Origin: Octopus sinensis
Lineage: Eukaryota
DNA: 64,000 nt
Direction: 5' to 3'
NCBI RefSeq assembly: GCF_006345805.1
Contig: NC_043020.1
Span: forward strand, 4,526,001 to 4,590,000
Of the stretch, positions 63,046-64,000 are shown piece after piece. Within the stretch, counting starts at the first letter, position 1, and every line of letters begins with the position of its first letter. Under the pieces are notes generated by a model that saw only the letters and a list, made by a program, of their open reading frames with translations, was not told where the DNA came from and searched no databases. The position numbers and the translations under genes are program-made.

Positions 63046-64000
63046 TTAAATATATGTACGACGAGATTCTGTCAGTTTTGTTCCACTAAATCCCATCACA
63101 AGGATTAGCTAGGCCCTGGGCTACAATAGTAGACAATTGCAGAAGATGACAGGCAGTCGGAATGAACCCGAAACCATGTGGTTCGTAAGCAAACTACTTA
63201 CAACATAGCCATTCATACGTCGATATTCATGTATACGACGGCTATTTCAGTTTCCCTCTACAAACTCCACTCAGAAACATTGGTCGGCCCTAGGCTATAG
63301 TCGAATACACTTGCCAAAGGTGCAACGCTGTTGGTTTGAACTCAGCACATTGCGGTTCGTGAGCAATCATTCTCGCTGAAATGCGAGCACAAACAGACAC
63401 AGAATGTCACGGTTTAAAGGTCAACATGTTTAAAACATAAATAGCTACGAGTTTGCGTATATGGATGTATCTTTGTGCCTGGGTGCGGACGTGTGTTTCC
63501 AGAATGTCTCAGTTTTAAGGTCAACATATTTAAAACATAAATAGGTACGAGATTGCGTCTTTGCATGTATCTATATTCGTGGGTGTGGACGTGTGAGAGT
63601 TTGTGCGTGTGTGAGCACAGTCCACCTATACCCAAGCTGGTTGCATTGTCTCATAAGAACCAGCCATGAAAGTTCCGGACCACATTAATGAACTCATTTG
63701 CATACAAACAATTAATTCTCGCCTTGAACTTGTCCGGTTACCAAACAGTAGTGTCTGAATGGGAATTAGCTTGCTTACCTAACAAATGTTTCCGTGTTCA
63801 GTCCCACTGGGTGGCATGTTGGGCAAATGTCTTCTACTATAGTCTCGGGACGATCAAAGCCTTGTGAGTGGATTTGGGAGACGGAAACTAAAAGAAGACT
63901 GTCGTATGTATATATATATATATATATATGAAGCAGTAAGAGTGGCTATGTAGCTTGCTTTCCAAACACGGTGTTTCTGGTTCTGTCCAACTATGTGGTC
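60905..64000 (+). repeat. Local duplication: 60905-61525 repeated at 63378-64000 (offset ~2475)
   Basis: Near-identical ORFs MGIGGLCSHTHK.. at 61160 and 63635; both copies contain the internal aaggtcaacat..aaaacataaatag dimer and two family-C SINEs. Confidence 0.9.

Overview
AT-rich, repeat-dense animal genomic DNA. The repeat landscape ((TA)n/(CA)n/(ATT)n microsatellites, RTE LINEs, tRNA-SINEs, Penelope elements) strongly suggests an octopus or other cephalopod; this is inference. Host genes: (1) the last four coding exons and 3' UTR of CSE1L/exportin-2 on + (162-14192); (2) an intact 892-codon single-coding-exon ORF on - (27294-29972) for an unrecognised secreted protein with a signal peptide, furin-type polybasic sites and a Tyr-rich C-terminus; (3) a probable duplicated ZNF143-type promoter with candidate first exons of an unidentified + strand gene (48.8-59.5 kb). 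The rest is nested, degraded TEs: an R4/Dong RLE-LINE bounded by (TAA)n, RTE LINEs with a PHD finger inside the RT, CR1-like pieces, Naiad- and Neptune-like Penelope elements, a ~350-bp fold-back with two mirror-image hammerhead ribozymes, Helitrons, Tc1, piggyBac- and Tc2-like MITEs, Gypsy remnants (one inserted in an RTE YADD motif), solo LTRs and several SINE families. All calls come from reading the sequence by eye; no database searches were run.
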